Part shown: piece after piece, positions 37,655 through 50,963 of the stretch | How the letters are laid out: every line of letters starts with the position of its first letter | How positions within the stretch are numbered: position 1 is the first letter of the stretch | NCBI GenBank assembly: GCA_965112635.1 | Contig: OZ218778.1 | Span: 1,632,001 to 1,696,000 of the forward strand | Reading direction: 5' to 3' | DNA: 64,000 nt | Origin: an uncultured bacterium | GTDB taxonomy: Bacteria > Oederibacteriota > Oederibacteriia > Oederibacteriales > Oederibacteriaceae | The notes under the pieces: model-generated | Seen by the model: only the letters and a program-made list of their open reading frames with translations | Databases searched by the model: none | Told to the model about the DNA's origin: nothing | Position numbers and translations under genes: made by a program

Positions 37655-38479
37655 ATGAAAAAGGTTATTGTGGCTTTTTCTGCGGGGGTAGACAGCACTT
37701 TCTTGTTGAAGTGTGCTTGCGACGTTTTGGGGATACAGAATGTATTGGCTGTGACTGCCGACTCATTATCGTTTAGTAGTGATGATTTAGAGGCAGCCAA
37801 GAGGGTAGCGAGAGAGATAGGCGCACGCCAATTAATCATTAAAACGGATGAATTTGGGGATGAAAATTTTTTGACCAATCCATTGAACCGCTGTTACTTC
37901 TGCAAAAAAGATTTATATCAAAAACTGATTTTGATAGCTCAACGAGAACAATATTTTTATGTCGTTGATGGATTTAATGTTAATGATTTGTCTGATTTCA
38001 GGCCTGGGCATGTGGCAGCAAAGGAGTTGGAAGTCAGGCATCCCTTACACGAAGCTGGCTTTGCTAAAGAAGAAATCAGGGATGCGGCGAAGGTTTTGGG
38101 TCTTTCTGTTTGGGACAGGCCAGCCGAAGCTTGTCTGGCCTCGCGTTTTCCCTACAATACACGGATTACCAAAGAAGCTGTAAAAAAAGTTGAGCTTGCA
38201 GAAAAATTTTTAAAGCAATTATTGAATGTTGACCAGGTTAGAGTTAGGTTTCACGGAAATATAGCGCGTATTGAATTGAAAGCAGCTGATCTCTCCAAAG
38301 TTTTTCTTAATGGAAGTAATAAAATGATAGTGGCAAAGCTCAAGGAGTTTGGATTTAACTATGTCACATTAGATTTGGAAGGGTACCGTGCGGGAAGTTT
38401 AAATGAGGCAGTTTCAGAGAATTCCAAACAAAATGTCTCACTAATTCGAAAAATTCCGTTGCGCGAAAAAATTAGCTAA
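37655..38479 (+). CDS. larE: ATP-dependent sacrificial sulfur transferase LarE-like
   Basis: PP-loop AFSAGVDS, RCYFCK, DFRPG, ACLASRFPY, DLEGYRAGS; true start may be upstream at 37592. Confidence 0.88.
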   Translation: MKKVIVAFSAGVDSTFLLKCACDVLGIQNVLAVTADSLSFSSDDLEAAKRVAREIGARQLIIKTDEFGDENFLTNPLNRCYFCKKDLYQKLILIAQREQYFYVVDGFNVNDLSDFRPGHVAAKELEVRHPLHEAGFAKEEIRDAAKVLGLSVWDRPAEACLASRFPYNTRITKEAVKKVELAEKFLKQLLNVDQVRVRFHGNIARIELKAADLSKVFLNGSNKMIVAKLKEFGFNYVTLDLEGYRAGSLNEAVSENSKQNVSLIRKIPLREKIS

Positions 38480-38560
38480 ATTCTCAAGTTTTGGCGATTG
38501 AAATTCAGATTTAATTTAGGAATGACAAGCTTAAAATTTTTAATTAGAGGCTAAATATCA

Positions 38561-39697
38561 ATGAATATCGGGATTGTTACTGATACTTACCGGCCAAGGG
38601 TTAATGGGGTTGTGGCGTCTATCGATACCTTTGCCAATGAATTTAGGAAATTAGGGCACAATGTCTATATTTTTGCTCCCTCTTTCCCGAAAGTACAAGA
38701 GGAAAAGGACCTTTATCGTTTTCCTTCGTTGTATTTATTTTTTGATCCAGAAGATCGGTTGCCAATCCCATGGAATTCAAAGATCGTCAATAAAATATCA
38801 CAGTTAAATTTGGATGTGATCCATACCCAGACGCCATTCACTTTAGGAATAGCAGCAATAAAATGGGCTAAAAGAAATAGTATTCCTTTGGTACATACTT
38901 ACCACACTTTATTCACTTCCTATGTTGAACATTACCTAAAATTTATCCCTAAGAAATGGGGTATTAGTTGGGCAAAAGGATTTAGCCGATGGTACTGCAA
39001 TAAATGCCAGTTGATTATAACCCCATCCTCACAAATGAAGGAAAGCGTTTTGAGTTATGGCGTCAAGGCGCCGATTGAAATTAATCCTACCGGGATTAAT
39101 ATGAGTAAGTTCCAGACTTTTAGTGGCCAAGATTTTAGGAACAAGTTTGGAGTCAACCAAGATGAAGTAATGTTGCTTTTTATGGGAAGGATGGGACGCG
39201 AGAAAAACGTTGATTTTCTTTTCCGTGTATTACAAAGAGTGTTGAAGGTGATTCCTAAGACACGGTTGGTTGTAGCTGGTGAAGGACCTGCTAAAGCCGA
39301 TTTAGTTAAGCTTGCAGGAGATATGGGATTAAAAAATAATATTCTTTTCTTGGGCTATTTTTCTCCCCAAGACTGGGTAAATTGTTACGCTGCGGCCGAC
39401 CTTTTTACTTTTGCTTCAATAACCGAAACCCAGGGTTTAGTTGTCACTGAAGCGATGGCTGTTGGAACCCCCGTGGTGGCAGTCGGAGAGATGGGTGTGG
39501 CTGATGTTATGAAAGGTGATAAGGGTGGGATTTTAACCAAACTTGATGAGGAAGAATTCACGCAATCTGTCTTGAAATTGCTTGCAGATAAAGCACTTTA
39601 TGCTACTAAAAAGAAAGAGGCATTTGAATGGGCTAAGGAATGGTCTTCCCAATCCATGGCTAAAAGGTTGTTGAAATATTACGAAAACCTCAAATAA
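38561..39697 (+). CDS. GT4 glycosyltransferase (diacylglycerol glucosyltransferase-like)
   Basis: TDTY.P.VNGV, HTQTPF, HTYHT, GRMGREKN, ETQGLV..EAMA.G.PVV. Confidence 0.9.
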   Translation: MNIGIVTDTYRPRVNGVVASIDTFANEFRKLGHNVYIFAPSFPKVQEEKDLYRFPSLYLFFDPEDRLPIPWNSKIVNKISQLNLDVIHTQTPFTLGIAAIKWAKRNSIPLVHTYHTLFTSYVEHYLKFIPKKWGISWAKGFSRWYCNKCQLIITPSSQMKESVLSYGVKAPIEINPTGINMSKFQTFSGQDFRNKFGVNQDEVMLLFMGRMGREKNVDFLFRVLQRVLKVIPKTRLVVAGEGPAKADLVKLAGDMGLKNNILFLGYFSPQDWVNCYAAADLFTFASITETQGLVVTEAMAVGTPVVAVGEMGVADVMKGDKGGILTKLDEEEFTQSVLKLLADKALYATKKKEAFEWAKEWSSQSMAKRLLKYYENLK

Positions 39698-39738
39698 AAC
39701 CAATGGTTTCCTGCCTAAAATTTATTTCAAATAAATCC

Positions 39739-39768
39739 TAGACATTTGCCGTTTAATTAGAGTAATAT
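39739..39768 (+). promoter_or_regulatory. Putative promoter of rpoBC
   Basis: TAGACA-18 bp-TAATAT in the AT-rich intergenic region. Confidence 0.4.
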
Positions 39769-39833
39769 ACGTATTTCTCTAAAGTCGCTTTTAGGTGTTG
39801 TTTTTTCAGCAAAAAATTGTTGGAAGGAGCAAG

Positions 39834-42800
39834 ATGGCCTACAACTATAATCGCATTGGTAAAGTCAATAGGAAGAGTTTCTCGAAAATATCTGAAATAA
39901 TGGAAAATCCAAATCTACTGGAAATCCAAAGAAAATCATATGAAGAATTCCTGCAAAGAGATGTCCCCCCTGAAAAAAGAAAAAACCAAGGCTTAGAGGC
40001 CGCTTTCCAAAGCATTTTTCCTTTAAGCGATTTTCATAATTATGCTTCCCTTGAGTATTCTCATTACACCTTAGGTGAACCAAAATACAGCGTTGAAGAA
40101 TGCCAACAGAGAGATATGACTTATGCTGTCCCTTTAAAGGTCACCTTAAGGCTTATTTTGAAGGAAAGAGATAGTGAAAAGAATATCGTAATCCAAAAAA
40201 AGATTAAGGATATTAAAGAGCAGGAGATTTTTGTCTGCGAACTTCCTTTGATGACTTCAAACGGGACTTTTATTATCAATGGGGCCGAGCGCGTCATTGT
40301 AAGCCAATTGCACCGCTCTCCGGGTGTTTCTTTCGGTGATGATGAAGGCAAGACCCATGCCAGTGGAAAAAAACTTTTTTCTGGAAAGGTCATTCCATAT
40401 CGTGGTTCGTGGCTCGAGTTTGAATTTGATGTTAACGACGTGCTTTACGTGAGAATTGATAAGCGTAAAAGACTATTGGCCACCATTTTTCTGAGAGCTT
40501 TGGGGCTTAGTACTACGGATGATATTTTAAAGGAATTTTTTGGAAAAGAAGAAGTGGCACTCAAGGAGCCGAAATCTTTAGTTGGAAAAATTTGTGCTGA
40601 GGAAATCATTGATTCTAGAACCGGTGAGGTACTTTTAGAAGCCGGTCAGAAAATCACTAAGGAAGATTTTCAAAAATTCGAATCGTTGAAGATTAAGAAG
40701 ATATCTCTTTTAAACATTGGTGAACAGTCTGAAGGCCATCCTATCTTGAAAACTTTGGAAAAGGATAACCTCAAGAATCACGAGGAAGCCTTACTGGAGA
40801 TTTACAAGAAAATTAGACCAGGAGATCCCATTACGATTGAAGGGGCCAAAAGTCTCCTTGAAAACATGTTTTTTAATATCAAAAAATATGATTTCGCAAA
40901 AGTAGGAAGATATAAGATCAACCAGAAGCTTCATGACGGTGGCACAGAGGGTAAGGGTACCCTTCGCAAAGAAGATGTTGTTGAGACGATTAAATATTTG
41001 ATCAAGCTTCAAAGTGGCGAGGGGATTAAAGACGACATCGATCACCTGGGAAATCGCAGGCTGCGTTCGGCAGGTGAACTTGTGGAAAATCAGTTCCGTA
41101 TAGGACTGGCCAGGATGGAAAAAGTCGTCAAAGAACGCATGAATATCCTTGAACTTGATAATATGATGCCCAGCAATATCGTGAATCCTAAAGCCATTGC
41201 AACATCTGTTAAGGAGTTTTTTGGAAGCAGCCAGCTTTCCCAGTTCATGGACCAGACCAACCCATTAGCCGAGCTCACCCATAAACGGCGCTTAAGCGCT
41301 CTTGGGCCAGGTGGGCTAAATCGGGAGCGGGCTGGCTTTGAGGTCCGCGACGTCCATCATACCCATTATGGTCGCATGTGTCCCATTGAGACTCCTGAAG
41401 GACCGAATATCGGTTTAATTGCCTCACTGAGTACTTTTGCCAGGGTTAATGAGTTCGGCTTTATTGAAGCTCCGTATCGGAAGGTTGCCAAAGGAAGGGT
41501 CACGGAAGAAGTTGAATATCTTTCCGCTGATAGAGAGGATGAATTTTATATTGCCCAAGCTAATGCAGCTATCGACAAAAAGGGCAATTTTCTTGATGAA
41601 TTAGTAGCCTGCCGTTTTAAAGGTGAATTCCCCTATGTTGCCCCTGATTCTATTCATTATATGGACGTGGTTCCCAAACAGGTTGTCAGCGTTGCTACAG
41701 CTTTAATTCCTTTTCTAGAACATGATGACGCTAACAGGGCACTAATGGGTTCTAATATGCAAAGACAAGCGGTGCCTTTATTAAATACTGAAGCTCCCTT
41801 AATCGCAACCGGTATGGAGTATAAGGTCGCTTGTGATTCCGGGGTTGTAGTGATCGCGAAGAGAAGTGGTGTGGTAGAAAGCGTTGAGGCGAATAAAATT
41901 ATCATTCTTGCGGATGAGGCAAAGGATGGCAAAGGCGATAAGGCCACCCCGGATGTTTACGACTTAGTCAAATTCAGGCGTTCTAACCAGGATACCTGTA
42001 TTAATCAAAGGCCTATTGTGAAAAGAGGGGATCATGTAGTGAAAGGCCAAATCATTGCCGATGGGCCGGCCACGGACCAAGGAGAGCTAGCCTTGGGCAG
42101 GAATTTGTTGGTCGCTTTCATGCCCTGGGGGGGGTACAACTACGAGGATGCTATTCTGGTCAGCGAAAGATTATTGGAAGAGGATCTTTTTACTTCTGTC
42201 CATATTGAGGAATTTGAAGTCGAGGCTAGGGACACCAAGTTGGGAAAAGAAGAAGTCACGAGGGATATTCCACATGTTGGAGAAGAGGCTCTGAAGGATT
42301 TGGACGAGAACGGAATCGTCCGCATAGGTGCTGAGGTAGGGCCGGGAGATATTTTGGTAGGAAAAGTCACCCCTAAGGGAGAAACTGTTTTGACACCTGA
42401 AGAGAAATTGTTGCATGCCATTTTCGGGGAAAAAGCAGCGGATGTCAGGGATACCTCTTTGCGTGTTCCTCCCGGTGTTGAAGGTAAAGTTGTCGATGTT
42501 AAAGAATTCTCGCGTAGAGAGTTTGATAAGGGTGGGCATCTAAAAGCTAAAGACAGAGAGACTATTAAGTCCATTGAGAAGGAATATACCAAACAGGTCG
42601 AGGCACTTCGTGCCAGCCTTAACAGCGCTATTCGCGAATTAAAAAAAGAAGCCAAGAAGAAAAGTGGGGGGATGTCTGAGGGGGATCTTGAAGAATCAAT
42701 CAAGCACTATAAGCTTTTAGCTGACGTGAAGATCGCCGAGGCCGATCAAGCAAAAGATGCTGAGATCGAAAAGATTAAAAAAGGCGATGAATTGCCTGCC

Positions 42801-43613
42801 GGTGTGGTGAAATTTGTCAAAGTTTATGTCGCAAAAAAACGTAAGCTTTCCGTGGGCGATAAGATGGCTGGTCGTCACGGCAATAAGGGTGTGGTGTCGA
42901 AGGTCGTACCCAAGGAAGATATGCCGTATCTTCCCGATGGGACCCCTGTTGATATCGTTTTAAATCCTTTGGGAGTACCTTCCCGTATGAACGTTGGTCA
43001 GATTTTGGAAACTCATTTGGGATGGGCTGCCTATTTACTTGGTGAGCCTATGGAAACACCCGTTTTCGATGGTGCCTCGGAGACCGAGATTAAAGCCGAG
43101 TTAAAAAAGGCCAGTCTTCCCGAAGACGGCAAGATCACGCTCTATGATGGTAAAACAGGAAATCCTTTTGATCAGAAAGTCAGCGTGGGTTATATCTATA
43201 TGCTGAAACTCTCACATCTTGTTGATGATAAGATCCATGCCCGGTCGATAGGGCCATATTCTCTAGTTACCCAACAGCCTTTAGGGGGTAAAGCTCAATT
43301 TGGTGGCCAACGCTTTGGAGAAATGGAAGTCTGGGCTCTTGAGGCCTACGGGGCTGCACATACCTTGCAAGAGATCTTGACTGTAAAAAGCGATGATGTG
43401 CAGGGTCGGACTAGAATATATGAGGCTATTGTAAAGGGCAAAAACGCGCCAGAACCAGGCATTCCCGAGTCATTTAATGTCCTTGTTAAAGAATTGCAAG
43501 GTCTTGGTTTGGATGTTGAGTTACTCAAGAATGGGGCGATGATAGCAGCAACGGGTGTACCTAAACGAAAAGGTAGTGGCAAGAAAGATTTAGCCGCCAG
43601 GAGGAAGATGTAA
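39834..43613 (+). CDS. rpoB: RNA polymerase beta subunit
   Basis: [54 protein letters not shown]; ATG after AAGGAG. Confidence 0.99.
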   Translation: MAYNYNRIGKVNRKSFSKISEIMENPNLLEIQRKSYEEFLQRDVPPEKRKNQGLEAAFQSIFPLSDFHNYASLEYSHYTLGEPKYSVEECQQRDMTYAVPLKVTLRLILKERDSEKNIVIQKKIKDIKEQEIFVCELPLMTSNGTFIINGAERVIVSQLHRSPGVSFGDDEGKTHASGKKLFSGKVIPYRGSWLEFEFDVNDVLYVRIDKRKRLLATIFLRALGLSTTDDILKEFFGKEEVALKEPKSLVGKICAEEIIDSRTGEVLLEAGQKITKEDFQKFESLKIKKISLLNIGEQSEGHPILKTLEKDNLKNHEEALLEIYKKIRPGDPITIEGAKSLLENMFFNIKKYDFAKVGRYKINQKLHDGGTEGKGTLRKEDVVETIKYLIKLQSGEGIKDDIDHLGNRRLRSAGELVENQFRIGLARMEKVVKERMNILELDNMMPSNIVNPKAIATSVKEFFGSSQLSQFMDQTNPLAELTHKRRLSALGPGGLNRERAGFEVRDVHHTHYGRMCPIETPEGPNIGLIASLSTFARVNEFGFIEAPYRKVAKGRVTEEVEYLSADREDEFYIAQANAAIDKKGNFLDELVACRFKGEFPYVAPDSIHYMDVVPKQVVSVATALIPFLEHDDANRALMGSNMQRQAVPLLNTEAPLIATGMEYKVACDSGVVVIAKRSGVVESVEANKIIILADEAKDGKGDKATPDVYDLVKFRRSNQDTCINQRPIVKRGDHVVKGQIIADGPATDQGELALGRNLLVAFMPWGGYNYEDAILVSERLLEEDLFTSVHIEEFEVEARDTKLGKEEVTRDIPHVGEEALKDLDENGIVRIGAEVGPGDILVGKVTPKGETVLTPEEKLLHAIFGEKAADVRDTSLRVPPGVEGKVVDVKEFSRREFDKGGHLKAKDRETIKSIEKEYTKQVEALRASLNSAIRELKKEAKKKSGGMSEGDLEESIKHYKLLADVKIAEADQAKDAEIEKIKKGDELPAGVVKFVKVYVAKKRKLSVGDKMAGRHGNKGVVSKVVPKEDMPYLPDGTPVDIVLNPLGVPSRMNVGQILETHLGWAAYLLGEPMETPVFDGASETEIKAELKKASLPEDGKITLYDGKTGNPFDQKVSVGYIYMLKLSHLVDDKIHARSIGPYSLVTQQPLGGKAQFGGQRFGEMEVWALEAYGAAHTLQEILTVKSDDVQGRTRIYEAIVKGKNAPEPGIPESFNVLVKELQGLGLDVELLKNGAMIAATGVPKRKGSGKKDLAARRKM

Positions 43614-46600
43614 TGATAAAAGAAGTGATTTCCTTAAAAGAATTTGCAATGAAGTTGGACCCTTTTGAACAAAAAGAGGTCCAGGATTTTGATGCCATGA
43701 AGATAGGTTTAGCTTCTTCTGAAAAAATTCTGGCATGGTCCCATGGGGAAGTGAAAAAGCCTGAAACCATTAATTACCGCACCTTTAAGCCCGAGAGGGA
43801 CGGTCTTTTCTGTGAAAGAATTTTTGGGCCCACAAAGGATTGGGAGTGCAATTGCGGCAAATATAAGAGAATCAAACATAAGGATGTTGTTTGTGACCGG
43901 TGCGGGGTTGAAGTTACCTTAGCCAAGGTTAGGCGTGAAAGAATGGGACATATTGAGCTTGCTGCTCCCGTTTCCCATATATGGTATTTCAAGAGTTTGC
44001 CAAGCCGGATTGGGTATTTATTAGATATTTCACAAAAAAGCCTGGAGAAGGTCCTTTATTACGAAGAATATATCGTCGTTGACCCTGGTGATACCCCTCT
44101 TAGAAAGGGCGATCTATTTAAAGAGGAAGAATATAGAAAATACTGTGAGCAGTATAAAGATTCCAAGGGAAAAGTGAAATTTAAAGCCAAAATGGGCGCG
44201 GAGGCAATTCGCGACCTTTTGAAAGAAATAGATATTAGTAAACTTTCTGACGATCTCCGTAAGGAAATGCTTCAAACCAATTCAATCCAGAAGAAGAAAG
44301 ACCTCGTTAAACGTTTGAAAGTTGTAGAGTCGTTTCGAAAGTCCAAGAATCATGCGGATTGGATGATCTTGGATGTAGTACCTGTCATTCCTCCTGAATT
44401 AAGACCTCTTGTTCCTTTAGAGGGCGGTCGTTTTGCCACTTCCGATTTAAATGATCTTTACCGTCGGGTTATTAATAGGAACAACAGATTAAAAAGGCTT
44501 TTGGAATTAAAGGCGCCTGATGTCATCATTAGGAATGAAAAAAGGATGCTTCAGGAGTCCGTGGATACCCTTTTTGATAATGGTCGCCGGGGGAAACCTG
44601 TAAAAGGCGCTGGAAACCGGCCTCTTAAATCCCTAAGCGATATGCTAAAGGGAAAAGAAGGAAGGTTCCGTCAAAATCTTTTAGGAAAACGCGTGGATTA
44701 CTCGGGACGGTCCGTTATTGTTGTTGGACCAGAGCTTAAACTTCATCAATGTGGTATCCCTAAACTCATGGCTTTGGAGCTTTTTAAGCCTTTTATTATC
44801 AAGAAGTTAGAAGAGAGAGGGTATGTCCATACCATAAAAAGCGCCAAGAAAATGATGGAGAAAGTCAGACCTGAAGTCTGGGATATCCTGGAAGAAGTGA
44901 CTAAAGAACATCCTGTGCTATTAAACCGGGCCCCTACGTTGCATCGCCAAGGCATTCAAGCTTTTGAATTAGTATTAATAGAAGGCAAAGCCATTCGCAT
45001 CCATCCTTTAGTTTGTGCTGCTTACAACGCAGATTTTGACGGAGACCAGATGGCTGTCCATGTTCCTCTCTCGGCAGAATCGCAAATCGAGGCCAGGGTG
45101 CTCATGTTCTCGACGAATAATATTATGTCTTTAGCAAATGGCAATCCGATTGTGACTCCTTCTCAAGATATTGTGTTGGGTTGCTACTATTTAACTAAGG
45201 CAAAGATTGGCGGTCTTGGAGAGAATAAGATTTTCTCCAACTGCGACGAAGTAGAGCTAGCTTATGAAACCCAGAGCGTCGGATTGCATTCAATTATCAA
45301 AGTCCGGATAAATGGGAAGCTGGAATCAACGACCGTTGGCAGGGTTTTATTCAATCAGGCTCTTCCAGAAGGTTTGCCTTATGTTAACAAGGTTCTGGAT
45401 AAGAAAGAATTGTCCAAGTTAGTAGAATATAGTTTCCATGAGCTGGGAAGCCAGCGCACCGCCGTTCTTCTGGATGCCTTGAAAGAAATAGGTTTTACTT
45501 ATGCAACAAAGGCCGGTATCACGGTCTCCGTCGATGATATGAAGATTCCTTCAGGAAAAGGCAAGATTATTACGAGGGCAAAGGAAGAGGTCAGCAAGAT
45601 TGAGCGACAGTATAAGGACGGGGTCATCACCAATGGTGAGCGTTATAACAAGGTTATCGATGTGTGGACCCAGGCCACAGAAAGTATTGCAGAAGAAATG
45701 TTCACGGGATTAAGCGATGACCTGCAGGGTTTTAACCCTATCTTTATGATGGCAGATTCTGGAGCTCGTGGCAGCAAACTACAGATTAGACAATTGGCGG
45801 GTATGAGAGGTTTGATGGCCAAACCTCAACAGAAAATCACAGGTGAAATAGGTGAAATTATCGAGTCTCCTATTATTGCCAATTTCCGAGAAGGTCTTAC
45901 TGTTCTTGAATATTTTATTTCGACTCATGGAGCTCGAAAAGGTTTGGCTGATACTGCTTTAAAGACCGCTGAGGCCGGTTATTTAACGCGCCGACTGGTT
46001 GACGTGGCACAAGATGCCATTATTACAGAGGATGATTGCGGAACCATTAAAGGAATAACTGTTAGCGCAGTGAAAGAGGGTAGCGAAACCATTCAGCCCT
46101 TGAGAGAACGGATCGTCGGCAGAATTGCAATGGATAATATAGTTAAGGTAGAAAGTGATGAGGTTATTGTAAAAACAAACCAGGAAATTACCGAAGAGAT
46201 AGCTGATCGGATTGAAAAGGAAGATTTTTCTAAGATCAGGATCAGATCCGTGTTGACGTGTGAATCAAAGAGAGGGGTTTGCGCAAAATGTTATGGAAGG
46301 AATTTGGGGACTGGGAAGATAGTGGAGTTAGGCGAGGCTGTGGGGGTCATCGCTGCGCAATCAATTGGTGAGCCCGGTACCCAGTTAACACTGCGAACTT
46401 TTCACATAGGTGGTACAGCCAGCCGTGTTTTGGAACAATCAAAGATCGAGGCGAAGAATTCCGGGATAATTCGTTATCAAAACCTGAAAGTTTTGAAGAA
46501 TCGTTCAGGAAACATCCTTGTTCTAAACCGTAACGGGGAAGTGGGCGTTTATGATGAAACAGGGAGAGAACGCGAAACTTACAAGATGCCCTATGGTGGA

Positions 46601-47737
46601 GAATTGAAGAAAAAAGACGGCGAACAAGTAACCAAAGGTGAAGTTATTGCTACCTGGGACCTCTATAACGTGCCAATCTTTTCTGAAGCCAGTGGACGCG
46701 TTGCTTTCAAAGATATCATTGAGGGGGTCACGATGCGTGAGGAAGTCGACCCAAGTACCGGTTTAATTGGACGCGTTATTATTGAGCATAGGGAAGAAGA
46801 TATGCATCCACAAGTCAGGGTCACCAAAGAAGATGGTGATGAAATAGGCATATATGCTATTCCTACTGGTGCTCACCTGGTCGTGAGCGGAGGTGATGCT
46901 GTTAATGTTGGGGATGTTCTGGCGAAGATTCCAAGAGAGCTGAGCAAGACGAGGGATATCACGGGCGGTCTTCCAAGGGTGGCAGAATTATTGGAAGCTA
47001 GAAAGCCAAAAAATGACGCAATTATTTCTGAAATAGACGGCGAAGTGCATTTTGGTCCTCCTGCACGAGGAATGCGCAAAATTATTGTCCGGCACGATAG
47101 TGGCGTGGAAAAAGAATATCTAGTTCCTTATGGCAAACATTTGAATGCAAGAGAGGGCGATTCGATCTTGGCAGGGGAGCCATTAACAGATGGATCCATT
47201 AACCCTCATGATATTTTAAAAGTTAAAGGTGAGAATGAGGTTCAAGAATACTTGGTCAATAAGATACAGGAAGTTTATAGACTTCAGGGTGTCACCATCA
47301 ACGATAAGCATATAGAAGTCATTGTTAGGCAGATGCTTAAAAAGGTAAGAATAGATAATCCTGGTGATACTGAGTATTTAGTCGGACAGCAGGTTGACAA
47401 AGTTGAATTTAAGGAGGAAAACGAGAAAGCTATCAAGCAGAACAAACAACCTGCTACCGCCCACTCTATCTTACTTGGTATAACTAAGGCATCCTTAGGA
47501 ACCGAAAGCTTCATTTCCGCTGCTTCTTTCCAAGAAACGACTCGGGTATTAACTGAGGCCGGGGTAAGCGGAAAAGTTGATGAATTAAGAGGACTTAAAG
47601 AGAACGTCATCATGGGTCACTTGATTCCTGCCGGGACAGGAATGCGGATTTACAGGGATATTGTGCTGGACAAAGAACTCATTGCTCCTGAGCAGCCTGT
47701 GTTACCAACAATTAACTTAAAGCAGAATCTTATTTAA
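43613..47737 (+). CDS. rpoC: RNA polymerase beta' subunit
   Basis: [26 protein letters not shown]. Confidence 0.99.
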   Translation: MIKEVISLKEFAMKLDPFEQKEVQDFDAMKIGLASSEKILAWSHGEVKKPETINYRTFKPERDGLFCERIFGPTKDWECNCGKYKRIKHKDVVCDRCGVEVTLAKVRRERMGHIELAAPVSHIWYFKSLPSRIGYLLDISQKSLEKVLYYEEYIVVDPGDTPLRKGDLFKEEEYRKYCEQYKDSKGKVKFKAKMGAEAIRDLLKEIDISKLSDDLRKEMLQTNSIQKKKDLVKRLKVVESFRKSKNHADWMILDVVPVIPPELRPLVPLEGGRFATSDLNDLYRRVINRNNRLKRLLELKAPDVIIRNEKRMLQESVDTLFDNGRRGKPVKGAGNRPLKSLSDMLKGKEGRFRQNLLGKRVDYSGRSVIVVGPELKLHQCGIPKLMALELFKPFIIKKLEERGYVHTIKSAKKMMEKVRPEVWDILEEVTKEHPVLLNRAPTLHRQGIQAFELVLIEGKAIRIHPLVCAAYNADFDGDQMAVHVPLSAESQIEARVLMFSTNNIMSLANGNPIVTPSQDIVLGCYYLTKAKIGGLGENKIFSNCDEVELAYETQSVGLHSIIKVRINGKLESTTVGRVLFNQALPEGLPYVNKVLDKKELSKLVEYSFHELGSQRTAVLLDALKEIGFTYATKAGITVSVDDMKIPSGKGKIITRAKEEVSKIERQYKDGVITNGERYNKVIDVWTQATESIAEEMFTGLSDDLQGFNPIFMMADSGARGSKLQIRQLAGMRGLMAKPQQKITGEIGEIIESPIIANFREGLTVLEYFISTHGARKGLADTALKTAEAGYLTRRLVDVAQDAIITEDDCGTIKGITVSAVKEGSETIQPLRERIVGRIAMDNIVKVESDEVIVKTNQEITEEIADRIEKEDFSKIRIRSVLTCESKRGVCAKCYGRNLGTGKIVELGEAVGVIAAQSIGEPGTQLTLRTFHIGGTASRVLEQSKIEAKNSGIIRYQNLKVLKNRSGNILVLNRNGEVGVYDETGRERETYKMPYGGELKKKDGEQVTKGEVIATWDLYNVPIFSEASGRVAFKDIIEGVTMREEVDPSTGLIGRVIIEHREEDMHPQVRVTKEDGDEIGIYAIPTGAHLVVSGGDAVNVGDVLAKIPRELSKTRDITGGLPRVAELLEARKPKNDAIISEIDGEVHFGPPARGMRKIIVRHDSGVEKEYLVPYGKHLNAREGDSILAGEPLTDGSINPHDILKVKGENEVQEYLVNKIQEVYRLQGVTINDKHIEVIVRQMLKKVRIDNPGDTEYLVGQQVDKVEFKEENEKAIKQNKQPATAHSILLGITKASLGTESFISAASFQETTRVLTEAGVSGKVDELRGLKENVIMGHLIPAGTGMRIYRDIVLDKELIAPEQPVLPTINLKQNLI

Positions 47738-47903
47738 TGATAGTTCGTTTGGCGTTTTTGTCTTGAAATATCTTGACATATTTTAGATTAGTTGATAAAA
47801 AGGTGCTTCAACCTTGGGATGGCTTTTGAAGAGATTAATGGGGAGGCGAGAAGCGCCAAAAAAGGTTAGCTTTGCCGGAATATAAAAAGAAGATTTTTTA
47901 TAC

Positions 47904-47934
47904 AAAAGGCGGGCTTCCCCGCCTTTTTTATTTT
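47904..47934 (+). terminator. Terminator-like hairpin just upstream of rpsL
   Basis: aaaaggcggg-cttc-cccgcctttt followed by T-tract. Confidence 0.75.
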
Positions 47935-47950
47935 GTCAGGAGGAAAGTTA

Positions 47951-48352
47951 ATGCCAACAATTGAGCAGCTGGTCAGAAAAGGGCGCGACATTTTACAACA
48001 TAAAACCACTGCGCCAGCTTTACAGAATAATCCCCAAAAAAGGGGGGTTTGCGTAAGCGTAAAAGTTGTTACGCCTAAAAAACCTAATTCAGCGCTAAGA
48101 AAAATTGCCCGGGTGCGTTTGACTAATAGAATGGAAGTGACGGCCTACATTCCTGGAGTAGGTCATAATCTGCAAGAACATTCTATTGTTTTAGTGCGCG
48201 GTGGACGCGTGAAAGACTTGCCTGGTGTTCGTTATCATATTGTTCGGGGTACTTTAGATACTGCTGGCGTGACAAACCGGAAGCAGGGGCGGTCTAAATA
48301 TGGAATGAAGAGACCCAAAGAAGTGAAAGAAGGGGAGAAGAAGAGTGCCTAG
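47951..48352 (+). CDS. rpsL: 30S ribosomal protein S12
   Basis: [34 protein letters not shown]. Confidence 0.99.
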   Translation: MPTIEQLVRKGRDILQHKTTAPALQNNPQKRGVCVSVKVVTPKKPNSALRKIARVRLTNRMEVTAYIPGVGHNLQEHSIVLVRGGRVKDLPGVRYHIVRGTLDTAGVTNRKQGRSKYGMKRPKEVKEGEKKSA

Positions 48353-48815
48353 ACGAAGGGTTGTCAGCAAGAGGGAAATTCTTCCTGACGAACAATTTAA
48401 TTCTACCGTTGTGGCTAAGTTTATAAATGTCATGATGCGCAAAGGTAAAAAAAGCACTGCTCAGAAGATTTTCTATGATTCGCTTGCTTTTATCAAAGAG
48501 AAAAGCGGCGAGAATCCCTTGAATGTTTTTAAGCAGGCCCTAGACAATGTTAAGCCTTTACTTGAAGTGAAGTCCCGGAGAGTTGGGGGCGCAACCTATC
48601 AAGTACCCGTTGAGGTGAGGCCTGAACGCCGGATTTCTCTGGCCATGAGGTGGATCACTGAATTTTCCAAACAGCGGAAGGAAAAAACCATGGCCGTTAA
48701 GTTAGCCTCTGAACTCATGGAAGCCTATAAGAACCAAGGCGGGGCTTTTAAGAAGAAAGAAGATACCCATAAGATGGCAGAAGCCAATAAGGCTTTTGCG
48801 CATTATAAATGGTAG
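48345..48815 (+). CDS. rpsG: 30S ribosomal protein S7
   Basis: [24 protein letters not shown]. Confidence 0.99.
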   Translation: MPRRRVVSKREILPDEQFNSTVVAKFINVMMRKGKKSTAQKIFYDSLAFIKEKSGENPLNVFKQALDNVKPLLEVKSRRVGGATYQVPVEVRPERRISLAMRWITEFSKQRKEKTMAVKLASELMEAYKNQGGAFKKKEDTHKMAEANKAFAHYKW

Positions 48816-48824
48816 CGAGGAAAT

Positions 48825-50939
48825 ATGATAAAGGAAAAAGAACAGGAGTCAGCACCGGTTGTTAGGGCTTATCCCTTAGAAAGAACAAGAAATATAGGGA
48901 TTATGGCTCACATTGATGCCGGAAAAACAACGGCTACCGAACGGGTCCTTTATTATACGGGGGTTGTATATAAGATAGGCAATGTAGATGAAGGAACGGC
49001 GACCATGGATTGGATGCCACAGGAACAAGAGAGAGGTATTACTATTACTTCCGCAGCAACTTCCTGTGTTTGGAATAATAACCTCATTAATATCATTGAT
49101 ACCCCCGGGCACGTTGACTTTACCGTGGAGGTTGAACGTTCGCTCAGGGTTTTAGATGGAGCTGTGGCCATTTTTACCGCGGTTGAAGGTGTTGAACCTC
49201 AATCTGAAACAGTTTGGCGACAAGCAGATAAATATGGGGTTCCCAGGATTGCTTTTATTAATAAAATGGACCGGGTTGGGGCGGATTTTTATTGGGCCGT
49301 TCAAACTATTCGTGATCGTCTTGGGGCGAGGGCCGTGCCCATTCAACTTCCTATTGGGAAAGAGGATCAATTTGTAGGTATTGTGGATTTAATTAATATG
49401 AAGGCGACGATTTGGCTTGAAGAGACTTTAGGTGCTAAATATGAGGACCGTGAAATTCCTAGCAATTTACTGGAAGATGCACGAAAGTTCCGTAAAGATC
49501 TAATAGCTAATATAGCGGAATTTGACGATATTCTTATGGAAAAATTTGTTGAAGAGAAAGAAGCAACTATTGAAGATATTAAAAGAGCAATGCGTAAAGG
49601 GACTATCACTAATCAAGTCATACCTGTATGCTGTGGAACAGCTTATAAAAATAAGGCAATTCAACCACTTCTAGATGCGGTAGTTGATTTTTTACCTTCG
49701 CCGTTAGATAGGCCTGAAACAGTCGGAGTCAATCCCCAAACAGATGAAAAAGAAGTTAGAAACGCTAACTCTACTGACCCATTTTGTGGCATAGCTTTCA
49801 AAATTATGTCAGATCCCTATGCGGGGAAACTCACTTTTTTTAGAGTTTATTCTGGAGTTTTAGAAGCTGGTTCATATGTTTATAACGCTAGTAAAGATGT
49901 CAGGGAAAGAGTGGGGCGTTTATTAAGAATGCATGCCAATCATCGCGAAGATATTAAATCTGTTTCAGCTGGAGATATTGCTGCAATAGTTGGTTTACGA
50001 TCTGCTACAACGGGAGACACCATTTGTGATGAAAAAAACCCTATTGTTCTCGAATCCATGAAATTTCCTGAACCAGTTATTTTTGTGGCCATTGAACCAA
50101 AGACAAAAGCAGACCAAGAAAAAATGGGAATTGCCTTGAATAGATTATCTGAAGAGGACCCTACGTTCAAGGTCAGTTCAAATATAGAGACGGGACAAAC
50201 GATTATTGCCGGAATGGGTGAATTGCATCTGGAAATTATTGTTGACAGGATGTTCAGGGAATTTAAAGTTGAAGCTAATGTAGGCAAGCCCCAAGTAGCT
50301 TATCGCGAAACGATTCGTCGTAAGGTTGAAATCGAGGGAAAATATATCAGGCAGTCTGGGGGTCGTGGCCAGTATGGGCACGTTTGGCTTAATTTGGAGC
50401 CTGTAGACCCAGGAAAAGGTTATGAGTTCGTCAACAAAATCGTTGGAGGTGCTATTCCAAAGGAATATATTCCAGCTGTTGATAAAGGTATCAAGGAAGC
50501 CATGGAGAATGGCGTGCTAGCTGGTTATCCTGTTGTTGATTTAAAAATTACTTTGTTTGATGGTTCCTTCCATGAAGTTGATTCTTCAGAAATGGCCTTT
50601 AAGGTAGCTGCCTCAATAGCCTTCAAGGAAGGTATGCAAAAAGCGTCTCCTGTACTTCTTGAACCCATTATGGAAGTTGAAGCGGTGGCTCCGGAAGAAT
50701 TTATGGGAGATATAATTGGAAATTTGAATTCAAGGCGGGGAAAAATCGAAGGGGTTGAGAATAGGAATAATGCCAGAGTTATAAAATCTTACGTACCTTT
50801 AGCGAGCATGTTCGGGTATTCAACTGATCTGAGGTCCATGACTCAAGGCAGAGGAACTTATACTATGCAATTCTCGAAGTACGAGGAAGTGCCACGTAAC
50901 ATCATGGAAGAGATCGTGGCGAAGGTTAAAGGCAAATAA
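48825..50939 (+). CDS. fusA: Elongation factor G
   Basis: [22 protein letters not shown]. Confidence 0.99.
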   Translation: MIKEKEQESAPVVRAYPLERTRNIGIMAHIDAGKTTATERVLYYTGVVYKIGNVDEGTATMDWMPQEQERGITITSAATSCVWNNNLINIIDTPGHVDFTVEVERSLRVLDGAVAIFTAVEGVEPQSETVWRQADKYGVPRIAFINKMDRVGADFYWAVQTIRDRLGARAVPIQLPIGKEDQFVGIVDLINMKATIWLEETLGAKYEDREIPSNLLEDARKFRKDLIANIAEFDDILMEKFVEEKEATIEDIKRAMRKGTITNQVIPVCCGTAYKNKAIQPLLDAVVDFLPSPLDRPETVGVNPQTDEKEVRNANSTDPFCGIAFKIMSDPYAGKLTFFRVYSGVLEAGSYVYNASKDVRERVGRLLRMHANHREDIKSVSAGDIAAIVGLRSATTGDTICDEKNPIVLESMKFPEPVIFVAIEPKTKADQEKMGIALNRLSEEDPTFKVSSNIETGQTIIAGMGELHLEIIVDRMFREFKVEANVGKPQVAYRETIRRKVEIEGKYIRQSGGRGQYGHVWLNLEPVDPGKGYEFVNKIVGGAIPKEYIPAVDKGIKEAMENGVLAGYPVVDLKITLFDGSFHEVDSSEMAFKVAASIAFKEGMQKASPVLLEPIMEVEAVAPEEFMGDIIGNLNSRRGKIEGVENRNNARVIKSYVPLASMFGYSTDLRSMTQGRGTYTMQFSKYEEVPRNIMEEIVAKVKGK

Positions 50940-50963
50940 TTCCAAAGTAAGGGGGAAAACAAG

